A DNA stretch of 64,000 nt from Desulfoluna sp. Its GTDB lineage: Bacteria > Desulfobacterota > Desulfobacteria > Desulfobacterales > Desulfolunaceae. The stretch spans positions 7,454 to 71,453 of the forward strand of contig NZ_JAQYWB010000026.1 of NCBI RefSeq assembly GCF_030145185.1, in the 5' to 3' direction. Under the pieces are notes generated by a model. That model searched no databases, had not been told where the DNA came from, and was given only the letters and a program-made list of their open reading frames with translations. Position 1 is the first letter of the stretch. Each line of letters begins with the position of its first letter. Position numbers and translations under genes: made by a program. Below are positions 29,915 to 40,729 of the stretch, piece after piece.

Positions 29915-32071
29915 ATGACACAAAATTTTCACAGAAGAAGTCCCCATCCAAAACGGAAAGGCCACAGGCAAACGCCAAAAAAGAAATTCACATCTCACAT
30001 CCGTGCCGGGTCCGATGCCGCGTTAAAACCGATTTTCGAACAGATCGGCGCCCCGGAAGCCCGACCGTTTGCCCCGGACCGTTTTCAGCTGGAGGCCGTG
30101 GAGGCCGTTCGGCATGGGGATTGTCTCGTCACCGCCCCCACGGGTTCAGGCAAGACCTGGATCGCGGAGCAGGTCATCCGCAAAGCCCTTGAACGGGGTG
30201 AGCGCTGCTGGTACGCCACGCCCCTGAAGGCCTTGACCAACACCATTTTCAGCACGTTCTGCGACCTCTTCGGAAAAGACAAGGTGGGCATTCTCACCGG
30301 AGACATCAAGGACAACGCGGATGCCTCCATCATCGTGGGCACCACAGAAATCCTGCGTAACCAGCTCTACGACGCCATGCACACAGGACAAGACCTGGGA
30401 ACCAACCTGGTGGTCATGGACGAGGCCCACTATCTGGGCGACAGAGACCGGGGTGTGGTGTGGGAAGAGGTGATGATTTACCTTCCCAGCCGGGTTCCCC
30501 TGCTCATGCTTTCCGCCACCGTGGGCAACGCCCATCAGATCGCAGAATGGCTGACCTCCATCCGAGGCCGCGAAGTGCAGGTCATCGAAGAGACCCACCG
30601 TAGCGTGCCCCTGCACCCCCTCTTCTTTCATCCCTCCGGCACCCTGTTTCCCCTCATCAGCCAGAAAGGCGCCAAGGGAAAGGTGGGCCTCCACAAAAAG
30701 GTCACCGCCTACATGCACCAGGACCGCCCCCCCATCCTGGCGCCCCCCAACCGCCTGCCCCCCATGGGCGAGATCATGAAGGTGCTCAAAAAATACCGTC
30801 TGCTTCCGGCCATCTTCTTTATGAAGTCCCGTGCCGACTGCAACGGCGCACTGGAGCTTTGCTCCGGTGAAGTCCTGGCCGGAGATCCGGCCCGAGCCGA
30901 TCTTCTCTCCCAGCGTGTGGATGAGATCCTTTCAGCCCACCCACACCTGAGCAAACACAAGCAACGTTACCATCTGGAACACCTGGCCGTGGGAGCTCAC
31001 CACAGCGGCCAGCTTCCCGGATGGAAAATCGTCATCGAGACCCTGATGAACGAGGGTCTTCTGGATGCCATGTTTGCCACCAGCACGGTGGCAGCCGGGG
31101 TAAACTTCCCTGCCCGGAGCGTCGTGATCCTGAACTCTGACCGCTTCAACGGCGTCGATTTCGAGTCCCTCTCCTCCTCCGAATACAACCAAATGACCGG
31201 ACGTGCCGGAAGGCGGGGCAAAGACAAGGTAGGGTTTGCCGTCATCCTGCCAGGAAAATTCAACGATCTTGGACACCTGGCACGCCTCACCAACCAGGCA
31301 CCGGAGCGCATCGAGAGCCAGATCAACATCAACTTCTCCATGGTGCTCAACCTGATGCTCTCCAACACCCCGGACCAGATCCGCGGTCTTCTGGAGCAAT
31401 CCTTTGCCACCTTTCTTCTGGAGAAAAAACGAGGGAAAAGTGTGGGCAACAGCAAGCTCTGGGAGGACTTCCTCGTTCACCTGGATTTTCTGAAGCTCAA
31501 AGGCTTTGTGGATGAAGAAAACCGCCTCACCGTTGACGGTCAATGGGCCTCAAGATTGCGTATCGACGCCCCCCTTATGGTGGGTGAGTGTTTCCGACTG
31601 AAACTCTTCCCAGAAGATCCGGCGCTTATGGCAGCCATGGTGGCCTCCTTTGTCAACGAACGGGAGCGGGACGACGACAGCATTAACCGCAGCGTCCTGC
31701 CCAAGAGTCTCACCCGGACCTTCCTTAATATCCGCAAAGGACTGACCCCCTTTGCCCGGGAGATGATCGAGTGGGGCTTTGAGGCCCCCTTTCTCTACCT
31801 CCACCCGGCGGCCACCATCTACCTCTGGGCTTCCGGTACCCCATGGAACGATGTGCTTCAGTTCTCTGGACTCCAGGAGGGAGATCTCTCCCGCCTGGTT
31901 CTACGTACCGCCGACAACCTGCATCATATTGCAGCCCTCAAATCGGTCTTCCCCCGGGCTGCAGCAGCAGCGGCCGAGGGAAAAAGAGCGATTATGAAAG
32001 ATCCCATCGTCACCACCCTGGAGGAGATTCCGGCTCGAAAAGACGAGCCCGTCTCCGATTCTCCTGTGTGA
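29915..32071 (+). CDS. Ski2/Hel308-like superfamily-2 DEAH-box helicase
   Basis: Walker A (APTGSGKT), DEAH, and motif ATSTVAAGVNFPARSVVI typical of Ski2-like helicases. 718 aa. Confidence 0.8.
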   Translation: MTQNFHRRSPHPKRKGHRQTPKKKFTSHIRAGSDAALKPIFEQIGAPEARPFAPDRFQLEAVEAVRHGDCLVTAPTGSGKTWIAEQVIRKALERGERCWYATPLKALTNTIFSTFCDLFGKDKVGILTGDIKDNADASIIVGTTEILRNQLYDAMHTGQDLGTNLVVMDEAHYLGDRDRGVVWEEVMIYLPSRVPLLMLSATVGNAHQIAEWLTSIRGREVQVIEETHRSVPLHPLFFHPSGTLFPLISQKGAKGKVGLHKKVTAYMHQDRPPILAPPNRLPPMGEIMKVLKKYRLLPAIFFMKSRADCNGALELCSGEVLAGDPARADLLSQRVDEILSAHPHLSKHKQRYHLEHLAVGAHHSGQLPGWKIVIETLMNEGLLDAMFATSTVAAGVNFPARSVVILNSDRFNGVDFESLSSSEYNQMTGRAGRRGKDKVGFAVILPGKFNDLGHLARLTNQAPERIESQININFSMVLNLMLSNTPDQIRGLLEQSFATFLLEKKRGKSVGNSKLWEDFLVHLDFLKLKGFVDEENRLTVDGQWASRLRIDAPLMVGECFRLKLFPEDPALMAAMVASFVNERERDDDSINRSVLPKSLTRTFLNIRKGLTPFAREMIEWGFEAPFLYLHPAATIYLWASGTPWNDVLQFSGLQEGDLSRLVLRTADNLHHIAALKSVFPRAAAAAAEGKRAIMKDPIVTTLEEIPARKDEPVSDSPV

Positions 32072-32133
32072 TACTGGGCGTTTACTTTACGCGTCATTTT
32101 ATTTATATAGATTTAGATTGATAAAGCCTTGAA

Positions 32134-32164
32134 CCGGTGGTGCGCCATTCACGCGCACCACCGG
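32134..32164. other. perfect 12-bp stem hairpin CCGGTGGTGCGC-cattcac-GCGCACCACCGG downstream of helicase gene
   Basis: Seen in sequence. No U-tract follows. Confidence 0.5.
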
Positions 32165-32276
32165 CAGGCTAAAATGACACATAAGACATCCTCACGGGCA
32201 GGCCTGTGCCCTCAGATCGCCTGCGAGGTGTCACCACCATTGATTTGTCAGACAGTTACCTTAAAGGAGTATGACC

Positions 32277-32762
32277 ATGGATAAGTGCCCATGCGGACTT
32301 GATGCGGCTTACGATACATGTTGCGAACCCATCATCAAAGGCGAGAAAGCCGCCGAGACAGCAGAGCAACTCATGCGTGCCCGCTACAGCGCCTATGCCA
32401 AAGTGGAAACCGATTTTCTCCGGGACTCCATCCGTCCGGACAAACGCCACACCCATGACGAACGCCAGACCAAAAACTGGGCGGCCAAGTCCGAATGGTT
32501 CGACCTCGAAGTGGTCAGCACCGAAAAAGGGGGCGTCGATGACGACACCGGTCGCGTAGAGTTCATCGCCAACTATGCCATTAAAGGCGAAAAAGCGCGC
32601 CACCACGAGCAGGCCACCTTTGTCAAAGTCGACGGTGCCTGGTACTTTGATGACGGCGTGGGCGTGGTTCCCGAGACCCTGGTTCGCCAAGGCCCCAAGG
32701 TAGGCCGTAACGATCCCTGCCCCTGCGGCAGCGGCAAGAAATTTAAGAAGTGCTGCGGATAA
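32277..32762 (+). CDS. YchJ-family protein with N- and C-terminal SEC-C metal-binding motifs
   Basis: CPCG ... [14 protein letters not shown] termini. RBS AAGGAG 7 nt before the ATG at 32277. Confidence 0.8.
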   Translation: MDKCPCGLDAAYDTCCEPIIKGEKAAETAEQLMRARYSAYAKVETDFLRDSIRPDKRHTHDERQTKNWAAKSEWFDLEVVSTEKGGVDDDTGRVEFIANYAIKGEKARHHEQATFVKVDGAWYFDDGVGVVPETLVRQGPKVGRNDPCPCGSGKKFKKCCG

Positions 32763-32888
32763 AAAGGCGGCCTTCCGTTACCCATTGAGGAAAAGCCCGC
32801 GTAACGCGGGCTTCTCCTCATCCCTCCCGCGGAGCCCCGTTCCACCACCCCGCTGCCCCCCTGAATTTATATTATTAAGGAGTCAATG

Positions 32889-33227
32889 ATGATTGAGTGG
32901 GCTTATCTTCGAAAAGGCTGAACATCCTGCACCAAAGCCCAAGAGTTACTTGGGTCCCTGAATCGTCTCCCCCAAGAGATCACCGACGCACGCAAAGAGC
33001 GCATTGACGCTGAGGCCGCCTGGGCCATCCTCTCCTCACGCCCTCTGGTGGTGACGGCCCGGGGGAAGAAAACAGTGGAATGGCACCCATCAGATGCCAA
33101 CAAAGAGGCGCTGCTCAAAGCGGCCATGGGCCCATCCGGCAACCTGCGAGCGCCCACCCTCCGCCTGAAAAACTTGATTGTTGTTGGGTTTCACGAAGAT
33201 TTTTATAAGAGCACCTTCATCTCTTGA
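32889..33227 (+). CDS. ArsC/Spx-family thiol-redox protein with in-frame TGA (probable selenocysteine, U-T-S-C motif)
   Basis: RBS AAGGAG, then ATG, then MIEWAYLRKG-TGA(32919)-TSCTKAQELL...LRAPTLRLKNLIVVGFHEDFY in one frame through TAA/TGA at 33225. The TGA sits where Spx/ArsC has the first Cys of CTSC. A hairpin lies 15 nt downstream. The ORF track does not show it. Confidence 0.65.
32937..32955 (+). promoter_or_regulatory. bSECIS-like stem-loop (GCCCAAG-aguua-CUUGGGU) downstream of the recoded UGA
   Basis: 7-bp stem including one G-U pair. The apical loop contains G and U. Starts 15 nt after the UGA. Confidence 0.5.
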
Positions 33228-33280
33228 ACCCGATGCCCTGAAGAAACGCCCCGGGCATCCAACCCCAAAAAGGAAGAAAC

Positions 33281-33874
33281 ATGATGAAATCTTTTGCCCC
33301 GTTTCTCATCGGCCTCTTTTCCCTGTGTGCCTTCACCGCGTTTGCCTCGGACGCCCCCACCCTGAAAGACACCCCGTCCAGCGAACTCACCGCAGCGGCC
33401 ACGTCCATGGACTCTGCCCAGACCGCCGTCGAGGCCAAAGTCGAAACCAACGTCGAGGCCCTCCCAGAGACGATGACCGCCCCAGAGCCAGAAACCCCCG
33501 CAGCCATGATGGATGAGATGATTCCGGCCCCTCCTGAAGAGATGACCCCGGCCCTGGCAAATGTCGCAGAAATGGTCATCGCAACGGCCATTGCCGATCG
33601 TGAGCCCGTAGAACCCGGAATCCTCTTCACCACGAATACCGAGCGCCTCTACTGTCACAGCCGCATCACCTCCATTGCTCCGACCACCATCACCCATATC
33701 TGGTATCGTGAGGGAGAACGTGTGGCGGAGATTCCTCTTCAGATCGGCGCCGCCTCGTCCTGGCGCACCTGGAGCTCAAAAGCCATTTTCCCAGCCACAC
33801 CCGCCGCGTGGCGAGTGGAAATCGTCGCAGAAAACGGGGTTCTTTTGTCCCAGACCGATTTCACCGTAGAATAA
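33281..33874 (+). CDS. secreted protein: signal peptide, acidic Pro/Glu/Thr-rich linker, C-terminal beta-rich domain (DUF2914-like by recollection)
   Basis: MMKSFAPFLIGLFSLCAFTAFA signal peptide. C-terminal CHSRITSIAPTTITHIWYREGERV...RVEIVAENGVLLSQTDFTV. Confidence 0.6.
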   Translation: MMKSFAPFLIGLFSLCAFTAFASDAPTLKDTPSSELTAAATSMDSAQTAVEAKVETNVEALPETMTAPEPETPAAMMDEMIPAPPEEMTPALANVAEMVIATAIADREPVEPGILFTTNTERLYCHSRITSIAPTTITHIWYREGERVAEIPLQIGAASSWRTWSSKAIFPATPAAWRVEIVAENGVLLSQTDFTVE

Positions 33875-34046
33875 CCACCCTCGTTTCACCAAAAAGGCTG
33901 ACGGCAGACTTTTTCTTCTGCCGTTGGCCTTTTTTCGGGACATCAATGTTTCAGGCAAATGTGCCGATAAATAGAATACAAGGGTTTCCCGGTTCCATAA
34001 TTCAGCCGCATGACGGCCTGACAAAGTGATGAAGGAGAATGTTAAC

Positions 34047-35171
34047 ATGGCTCTTTGGGACAAGCTGAAAGGCGAACTGATTGATGTCATCGAATGGCTG
34101 GATGATTCCGGGGACACCATGGTGTGGCGATTCCCACGGCATCAAAACGAAATCAAGTACGGTGCCAAACTCACCGTCCGGGAATCCCAGGCAGCGATCT
34201 TTGTCAGTGAGGGACAGATCGCCGATGTCTTCGGGCCGGGTCTTTACGACCTCACCACCCGCAACCTGCCCGTTCTCACCACCCTTCAAAAGTGGTATCA
34301 CGGATTTGAAAGTCCTTTTAAATCCGAGATCTACTTTATCAGTACCCGGAATTTCACCGATATCAAGTGGGGCACCAAAAAGCCCATCACTTTAAGGGAT
34401 CCCGAATTCGGACCGGTACGCCTGCGTGCCTTCGGCACCTATGTCGTCCGCGTCACCGACCCCAAGTCCTTTATCACGGAAATTGCAGGAACTGAAGGCC
34501 ACTTCACCGTGGAGGAAATCACCGGCCAGCTGACCAGCATGGTCATCACCCGTTTTGCCGATCTCCTGGCCGAGAGCAAGATTCCGGTGCTGGACCTGGC
34601 CGCCAACTACAACGAACTCTCCGGCTGGGTGACCGAAAAACTCGCCCCGGAGTTTTCCGAATACGGCCTCTCCCTCACCAAACTCCTCATTGAGAATATC
34701 GCCCTGCCCAAGGCCGTGGAAGAGGCGTTGGACAAACGAACCAGCATGGGCATTGTGGGCGACTTGGACGCCTTCACCAAATTCCAGGCCGCCAATGCGC
34801 TGGAGAAAGCCGCTGAAAACCCCTCCGGCGATGCCTCGGCCGGCGTCGGCATGGGCATGGGATTTGCCATGGCCAACCAGATGACACAGACCATGACCCA
34901 GCAGGCCCCCCAGGCAGCGGCCGCCCCACCGGCCGCGGGAAGTGCCACGCCGCCCCCCCTCCCGACCCGGGAAGCCATCACCTACTATCTCGGCATCGGT
35001 GGTGAGCAGAAAGGGCCCTTTTCACAAAAAATTATCGAAGAGATGATCCGGGATAAAACCCTGACCCAGGAGACCCTGGTCTGGCACAAGGGCATGGCCA
35101 GCTGGGAAAAGGCCGCCAAGGTGGACGAACTGCGCCTCCTCCTGGGAAATGAGCCGCCCCCGCTGCCTTGA
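34047..35171 (+). CDS. SPFH/band-7 domain protein (YdjI-like) with C-terminal GYF/DUF4339-like domain
   Basis: N-terminal MALWDKLKGELIDVIEW typical of the YdjI-type SPFH family. RBS AAGGAG. C-terminal GPFSQKIIEEMIRDKTLTQETLVWHKGMASW. Confidence 0.75.
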   Translation: MALWDKLKGELIDVIEWLDDSGDTMVWRFPRHQNEIKYGAKLTVRESQAAIFVSEGQIADVFGPGLYDLTTRNLPVLTTLQKWYHGFESPFKSEIYFISTRNFTDIKWGTKKPITLRDPEFGPVRLRAFGTYVVRVTDPKSFITEIAGTEGHFTVEEITGQLTSMVITRFADLLAESKIPVLDLAANYNELSGWVTEKLAPEFSEYGLSLTKLLIENIALPKAVEEALDKRTSMGIVGDLDAFTKFQAANALEKAAENPSGDASAGVGMGMGFAMANQMTQTMTQQAPQAAAAPPAAGSATPPPLPTREAITYYLGIGGEQKGPFSQKIIEEMIRDKTLTQETLVWHKGMASWEKAAKVDELRLLLGNEPPPLP

Positions 35172-35261
35172 CAAAAACGCCTCGCCTTCCGGCGGGCAGG
35201 GGATTTTTTCCCACCCTGGATTCACCGGCCCGGCTGCGCCAACCTCGGCGGCAACGCCACA

Positions 35262-35306
35262 CGAATGCGCATTCGCTTTCAAGGTGGCACACCTTGCCGC
35301 CGGAGG
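35262..35306 (+). repeat. solo right-arm repeat unit
   Basis: CGAATGCGCATTCGCTTTCAAGGTGGCACACCTTGCCGCCGGAGGC. Confidence 0.8.
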
Positions 35307-35420
35307 CACGCTTTTGACTTTTCCTCTGAGCCCTCTGTGGCTCTGTGGTTCATTTAACCTTGACCATAGAGGGCTCTTTTATTCATGTTCACATCATCGT
35401 CCCATCACAGAGTTTGACTT

Positions 35421-36104
35421 ATGGCCAACTGCAAAAACTGCTCCGCCCCCATCCCTGCAGACACCATTGTCTGCACCTACTGCGGCACACGCAACGACAC
35501 CGACCTGACCGGTATTCACGAATTCACCGAAGTGGTCCCCGATCAGGAGCGAACCTGCCCCCGCTGTCACATCGCCATGAAAACCATTGACCTCAAAATC
35601 GGTGGCACCTTTCTCATCGAGCGATGTGAAAAATGCATGGGCATGTTCTTCGACTCCGGCGAGTTGGAAGCTCTCATCAAAGCCACGGTAAAAAACGTCA
35701 ACCATGTCAACCACAACAAGCTCAAAGAGCTTTACGCCCTGCAACGTCATGACGAATACGGCATCACCTACATCAAGTGCCCGGTCTGCGACACCATCAT
35801 GAACCGCGTCAACTTCGGGCAGCGAAGCGGGGTGATCATCGACCGCTGCTCCGACCACGGCCTCTGGCTCGACGGAGGGGAACTCCGCCACCTATTGGAG
35901 TGGGTAAAAGCCGGTGGCAAAATGTACAATCAGAAACGGGAAGAGATGAAACAAAAGATGGACGCCAGAGAAGACATCAAAGTCAGGCGGGCCACCACCA
36001 TCCATTCGGGGGGCCACTTCGACTCCTACGGCGCCACCCTCCGAAACAGCGACCCCGACCTGTTCACCATCGTCGGCCGTGTGATCAAATGGCTGGCCGG
36101 CTGA
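35421..36104 (+). CDS. zinc-ribbon protein with two TFIIB-type CxxC...CxxC ribbons (YdjG-like)
   Basis: CKNC...CTYCG and CPRC...CEKC; CPVC...CSDHG. Confidence 0.65.
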   Translation: MANCKNCSAPIPADTIVCTYCGTRNDTDLTGIHEFTEVVPDQERTCPRCHIAMKTIDLKIGGTFLIERCEKCMGMFFDSGELEALIKATVKNVNHVNHNKLKELYALQRHDEYGITYIKCPVCDTIMNRVNFGQRSGVIIDRCSDHGLWLDGGELRHLLEWVKAGGKMYNQKREEMKQKMDAREDIKVRRATTIHSGGHFDSYGATLRNSDPDLFTIVGRVIKWLAG

Positions 36105-36237
36105 GACCCAAGGGGGAAGGGTCCCCTGTGCCACCGCGACCCTTCCCCGGACACCAGGAAAAAAGGCCCTGACCTGCCCGATTCAACCGGCAAAGGAAGG
36201 CGCAACCGTATACTACTCCCGAGGGTTATGAGTTTCC

Positions 36238-36332
36238 CCGTCCCGGGCCTTACGATTTTACCCGTGCCAGCCTTTACAAGATTACCGGTACCGGCCCTTG
36301 CGAGATTGCCCGTGCCGGCCCTTGCGAGATTC
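36238..36332. repeat. four degenerate tandem ~24-nt repeats (GTGCCGGCCCTTGCGAGATT-like) upstream of ettA
   Basis: Seen in sequence. The minus-strand track ORF 36026..36496 is its translation (GTGNLARAGTGNLVKAGTGK). Confidence 0.8.
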
Positions 36333-36489
36333 AAACGACTCTGGTAGGTTACCCCGATTATACGGCATAAAAAAGGATCCCGCGAGTTGCGGTGTTGCCT
36401 CAACGAGCCATCTGAACATACGGACCGGGTAAAACCCGGTTTTATTAGGTAAAGCGGTAGACCCCGCTTCGCCATCAAGGAGTGCTTCC

Positions 36490-38172
<1,683 letters not shown>

Positions 38173-38512
38173 TCCTTCGGGCCGAAAGAGAAGCTCACGA
38201 GCCTCTTTTTCGGCCCAGGTTACCGGAGAATACGTCTGTGGGAAATACCGTGAACACCTTTCCTCCTGACGAATCAGGCATTGAAAAGAGATCATGGAGT
38301 TGATACAATTTCAAGGTGTACATAAAGACATTCCACACCAGGCCCCTGCCACCTGAAGTGACCGATGGCGATCGGTATTTTTTTAACAGGCAAGCCCCTT
38401 GGAACTGCCAGCCTCCCAGGGTCCCTGCCCGAACCGGCTCACGCCCATACCACTCGCGCCGACACCCGTAATCATCCATGCCATTTTTTGAATCGAGGGG
38501 AGTTCATTCACC

Positions 38513-40057
38513 ATGGCCACCATCCTCATCATCGACGATGACCAGTACATATGTGAGATTTTAGAAGCCTTTATTCTCAGGGAAGGGCACCGCTCCCTGT
38601 CCCGGCAAACCCTCACCGAAGGGTTGCAGCAACTGGAACAGGCCGCCTTTGATCTCGTCTTTCTCGATGTAGGCCTCCCCGACGGAAGCGGCCTGGAACT
38701 GGTACGCCGTATCCGCAGCACTCCGGGAGAACCCGAGGTGGTGATCATCACGGGAGCCGGCGATGCAGACGGTGCGGAAATGGCCATCAAAAACGGCGCC
38801 TGGGACTACCTGCAAAAACCGTTCAACCTGAAAGAGATCACCCTCACGCTGAAGCGGGCTCTCCAGTACCGCGAAAACCTCAAAGCCTCCACCATCAAAG
38901 AGGCCCCCCTTGACAGCCAGGGAATCATCGGCAGCAGCCCCATCATCCATGACAGCCTCACCACCCTGGCCCACGCCTCCCGAAACAACGCCAGCGTCCT
39001 CATCACCGGCGAGACGGGTACAGGCAAAGAGCTCTTTGCCCGTGCCGTCCACAACAACAGCCAGCGAAAAGAAAAGAAATTTGTGGTGGTGGATTGCGCC
39101 GCCCTGCCTGAAACCCTCATAGAAAGCGCCCTGTTCGGTCACGAAAAAGGCTCTTTTACAGGGGCTGAAAAGACCTCGGAGGGGCTGGTCAAACAAGCCG
39201 ATGAGGGAACCCTCTTTCTTGATGAAGTCGGTGAAATGAACCTGGCCCTTCAGAAGGTCTTTTTGCGCGTGCTTCAAGAAAAATGCTTTCGCCCGGTGGG
39301 GAGTCGCGTGGAACTGAAAAGTGATTTCCGCCTGGTGGCCGCCACCAATCGGAATCTCGACGACATGGTGGCCGAGGGCAGCTTCCGAAACGACCTGCTC
39401 TACCGGCTCCGAACCGTGGCTATCGAGCTCCCCCCCTTGCGCATGCACCCGGAAGACATCCAGGCAATCATTCTCTACCACACCACGGACATCTGCCAGA
39501 ATTTCGGCATTGAGCCCAAGGGCTTCTCCCCGGACTTCTTCCAGATACTCAACGCCTACAGCTGGCCCGGCAACATTCGAGAGTTGGTAAACACCCTGGA
39601 GGGGGCCATCAGCAAAGCAGGGCAGGAACCCATCCTCTTTCCCATGCACCTTCCCGACGCCATTCGGGTCCACGTGGCCCGCGCCAACGTCAAGGGAGGA
39701 AACCCGCCGCCTACGACCACGGCCTACCAGGTAAAAAAAGCACCCAACCAGAGCACCTCCCGTTTCCCGGTGGTGGCACCGGATATCACCCCAACCCACG
39801 GATTCCCCTCTCGGGCCGAAGCCATGCCTTCCCGGGAAGAGGTCCTCACCGAAACGGATCAGGCCTACCTCAGCCATCTCATGCGGGTGACCCGCGGGAA
39901 CATCAAAGAGTCCTGTCAAATCTCCGGCCTGGGACGCACCCGTCTTTACACCCTCATGAAAAAATACAATATCTCTCGCCTCGGATGGGCCTCTCCAGAG
40001 AATGCAGAGGAGACCCTCCTGTTGGAACCCACGCCCCTTGACGTCCCGGATGTCTGA
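38513..40057 (+). CDS. sigma-54-dependent response regulator (NtrC family: REC + AAA+ + HTH)
   Basis: REC domain with phospho-acceptor Asp (DLVFLDVGLPDGSG), GETGTGKE, GSFTGA, C-terminal HTH. No adjacent histidine kinase. Confidence 0.9.
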   Translation: MATILIIDDDQYICEILEAFILREGHRSLSRQTLTEGLQQLEQAAFDLVFLDVGLPDGSGLELVRRIRSTPGEPEVVIITGAGDADGAEMAIKNGAWDYLQKPFNLKEITLTLKRALQYRENLKASTIKEAPLDSQGIIGSSPIIHDSLTTLAHASRNNASVLITGETGTGKELFARAVHNNSQRKEKKFVVVDCAALPETLIESALFGHEKGSFTGAEKTSEGLVKQADEGTLFLDEVGEMNLALQKVFLRVLQEKCFRPVGSRVELKSDFRLVAATNRNLDDMVAEGSFRNDLLYRLRTVAIELPPLRMHPEDIQAIILYHTTDICQNFGIEPKGFSPDFFQILNAYSWPGNIRELVNTLEGAISKAGQEPILFPMHLPDAIRVHVARANVKGGNPPPTTTAYQVKKAPNQSTSRFPVVAPDITPTHGFPSRAEAMPSREEVLTETDQAYLSHLMRVTRGNIKESCQISGLGRTRLYTLMKKYNISRLGWASPENAEETLLLEPTPLDVPDV

Positions 40058-40274
40058 ATAAAAAAGAGCATCTGACCACAATCCAAACGATTTGTTCACT
40101 TTTGTGAATTCCTGCCATCCACTTAAACGACCCAATACCCTGGCCGTCCGCCGCACTGTCCCTTCTGAACGCCCCAGAAAAGAGGCCCGCACCCCATCAT
40201 TTGCCCTATGATTACAGCCCTTTCCCTCCAAAGCCCGAAAAAAACCGATAGAAAAAACGCCGACGCGGCACACC

Positions 40275-40290
40275 CGGCACGCAACCTGCA
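40275..40290 (+). promoter_or_regulatory. sigma-54 promoter-like element CGGCACGcaacCTGCA upstream of small ORF
   Basis: GG/GC doublets at -24/-12 consensus spacing. About 55 nt before the ATG at 40346. Confidence 0.45.
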
Positions 40291-40345
40291 TTTCTTCCTA
40301 AGCAAGACAAACGATGATGCCTCAACCCTTCAAGGAGTGGGCGCC

Positions 40346-40621
40346 ATGCAACAACCGAACACAAACACCATCGATGTCTGCACCTCACTTTTCTGGCACT
40401 TATCAGACAAAGGGCTTGTCCCTTCCGAGGTCAACAGACTGGTAAAAGATATCTTTTGCATCCTCCAGGACGGAGGAACCTTTACGGTGGGTTTCGTCAA
40501 CCACCAACTAAATGACATGGGGTGGACCGGACACATCATCGACGAAGACACCATTGAGCTGGTGCTGGCCATTTTAGTAAACGATTTTAAGTACTCCGTC
40601 AGCACGCACACGGTCCACTGA
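40346..40621 (+). CDS. small hypothetical protein (91 aa)
   Basis: RBS AAGGAG 7 nt upstream. Followed by a strong terminator. Confidence 0.55.
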   Translation: MQQPNTNTIDVCTSLFWHLSDKGLVPSEVNRLVKDIFCILQDGGTFTVGFVNHQLNDMGWTGHIIDEDTIELVLAILVNDFKYSVSTHTVH

Positions 40622-40670
40622 TATACGTACCTGTATCATTCAGACAACTTACCCTGCCTTCTGCCGGGGG

Positions 40671-40729
40671 CCATCTACGCAACCCTTTCCCACCACCAAA
40701 CCATGCGTAGATGGTCCCCATCTTTTTTG
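40671..40729 (+). terminator. rho-independent terminator (11-bp stem CCATCTACGCA/TGCGTAGATGG + T-run)
   Basis: Seen in sequence. Confidence 0.7.

Noticed and set aside
32919-32921. Reading the TGA at 32919 as a true stop (10-aa peptide followed by a non-coding gap)
   Set aside because: Considered, but the downstream frame stays open for 101 codons with ArsC/Spx-like sequence. The TGA falls exactly at the redox-Cys position, and a hairpin follows at SECIS distance. The selenoprotein reading is kept as a candidate, not proven.
38561-40291. 576-aa minus-strand ORF
   Set aside because: Antisense to the sigma-54 response regulator, which has clear REC/AAA+/HTH motifs on the plus strand.
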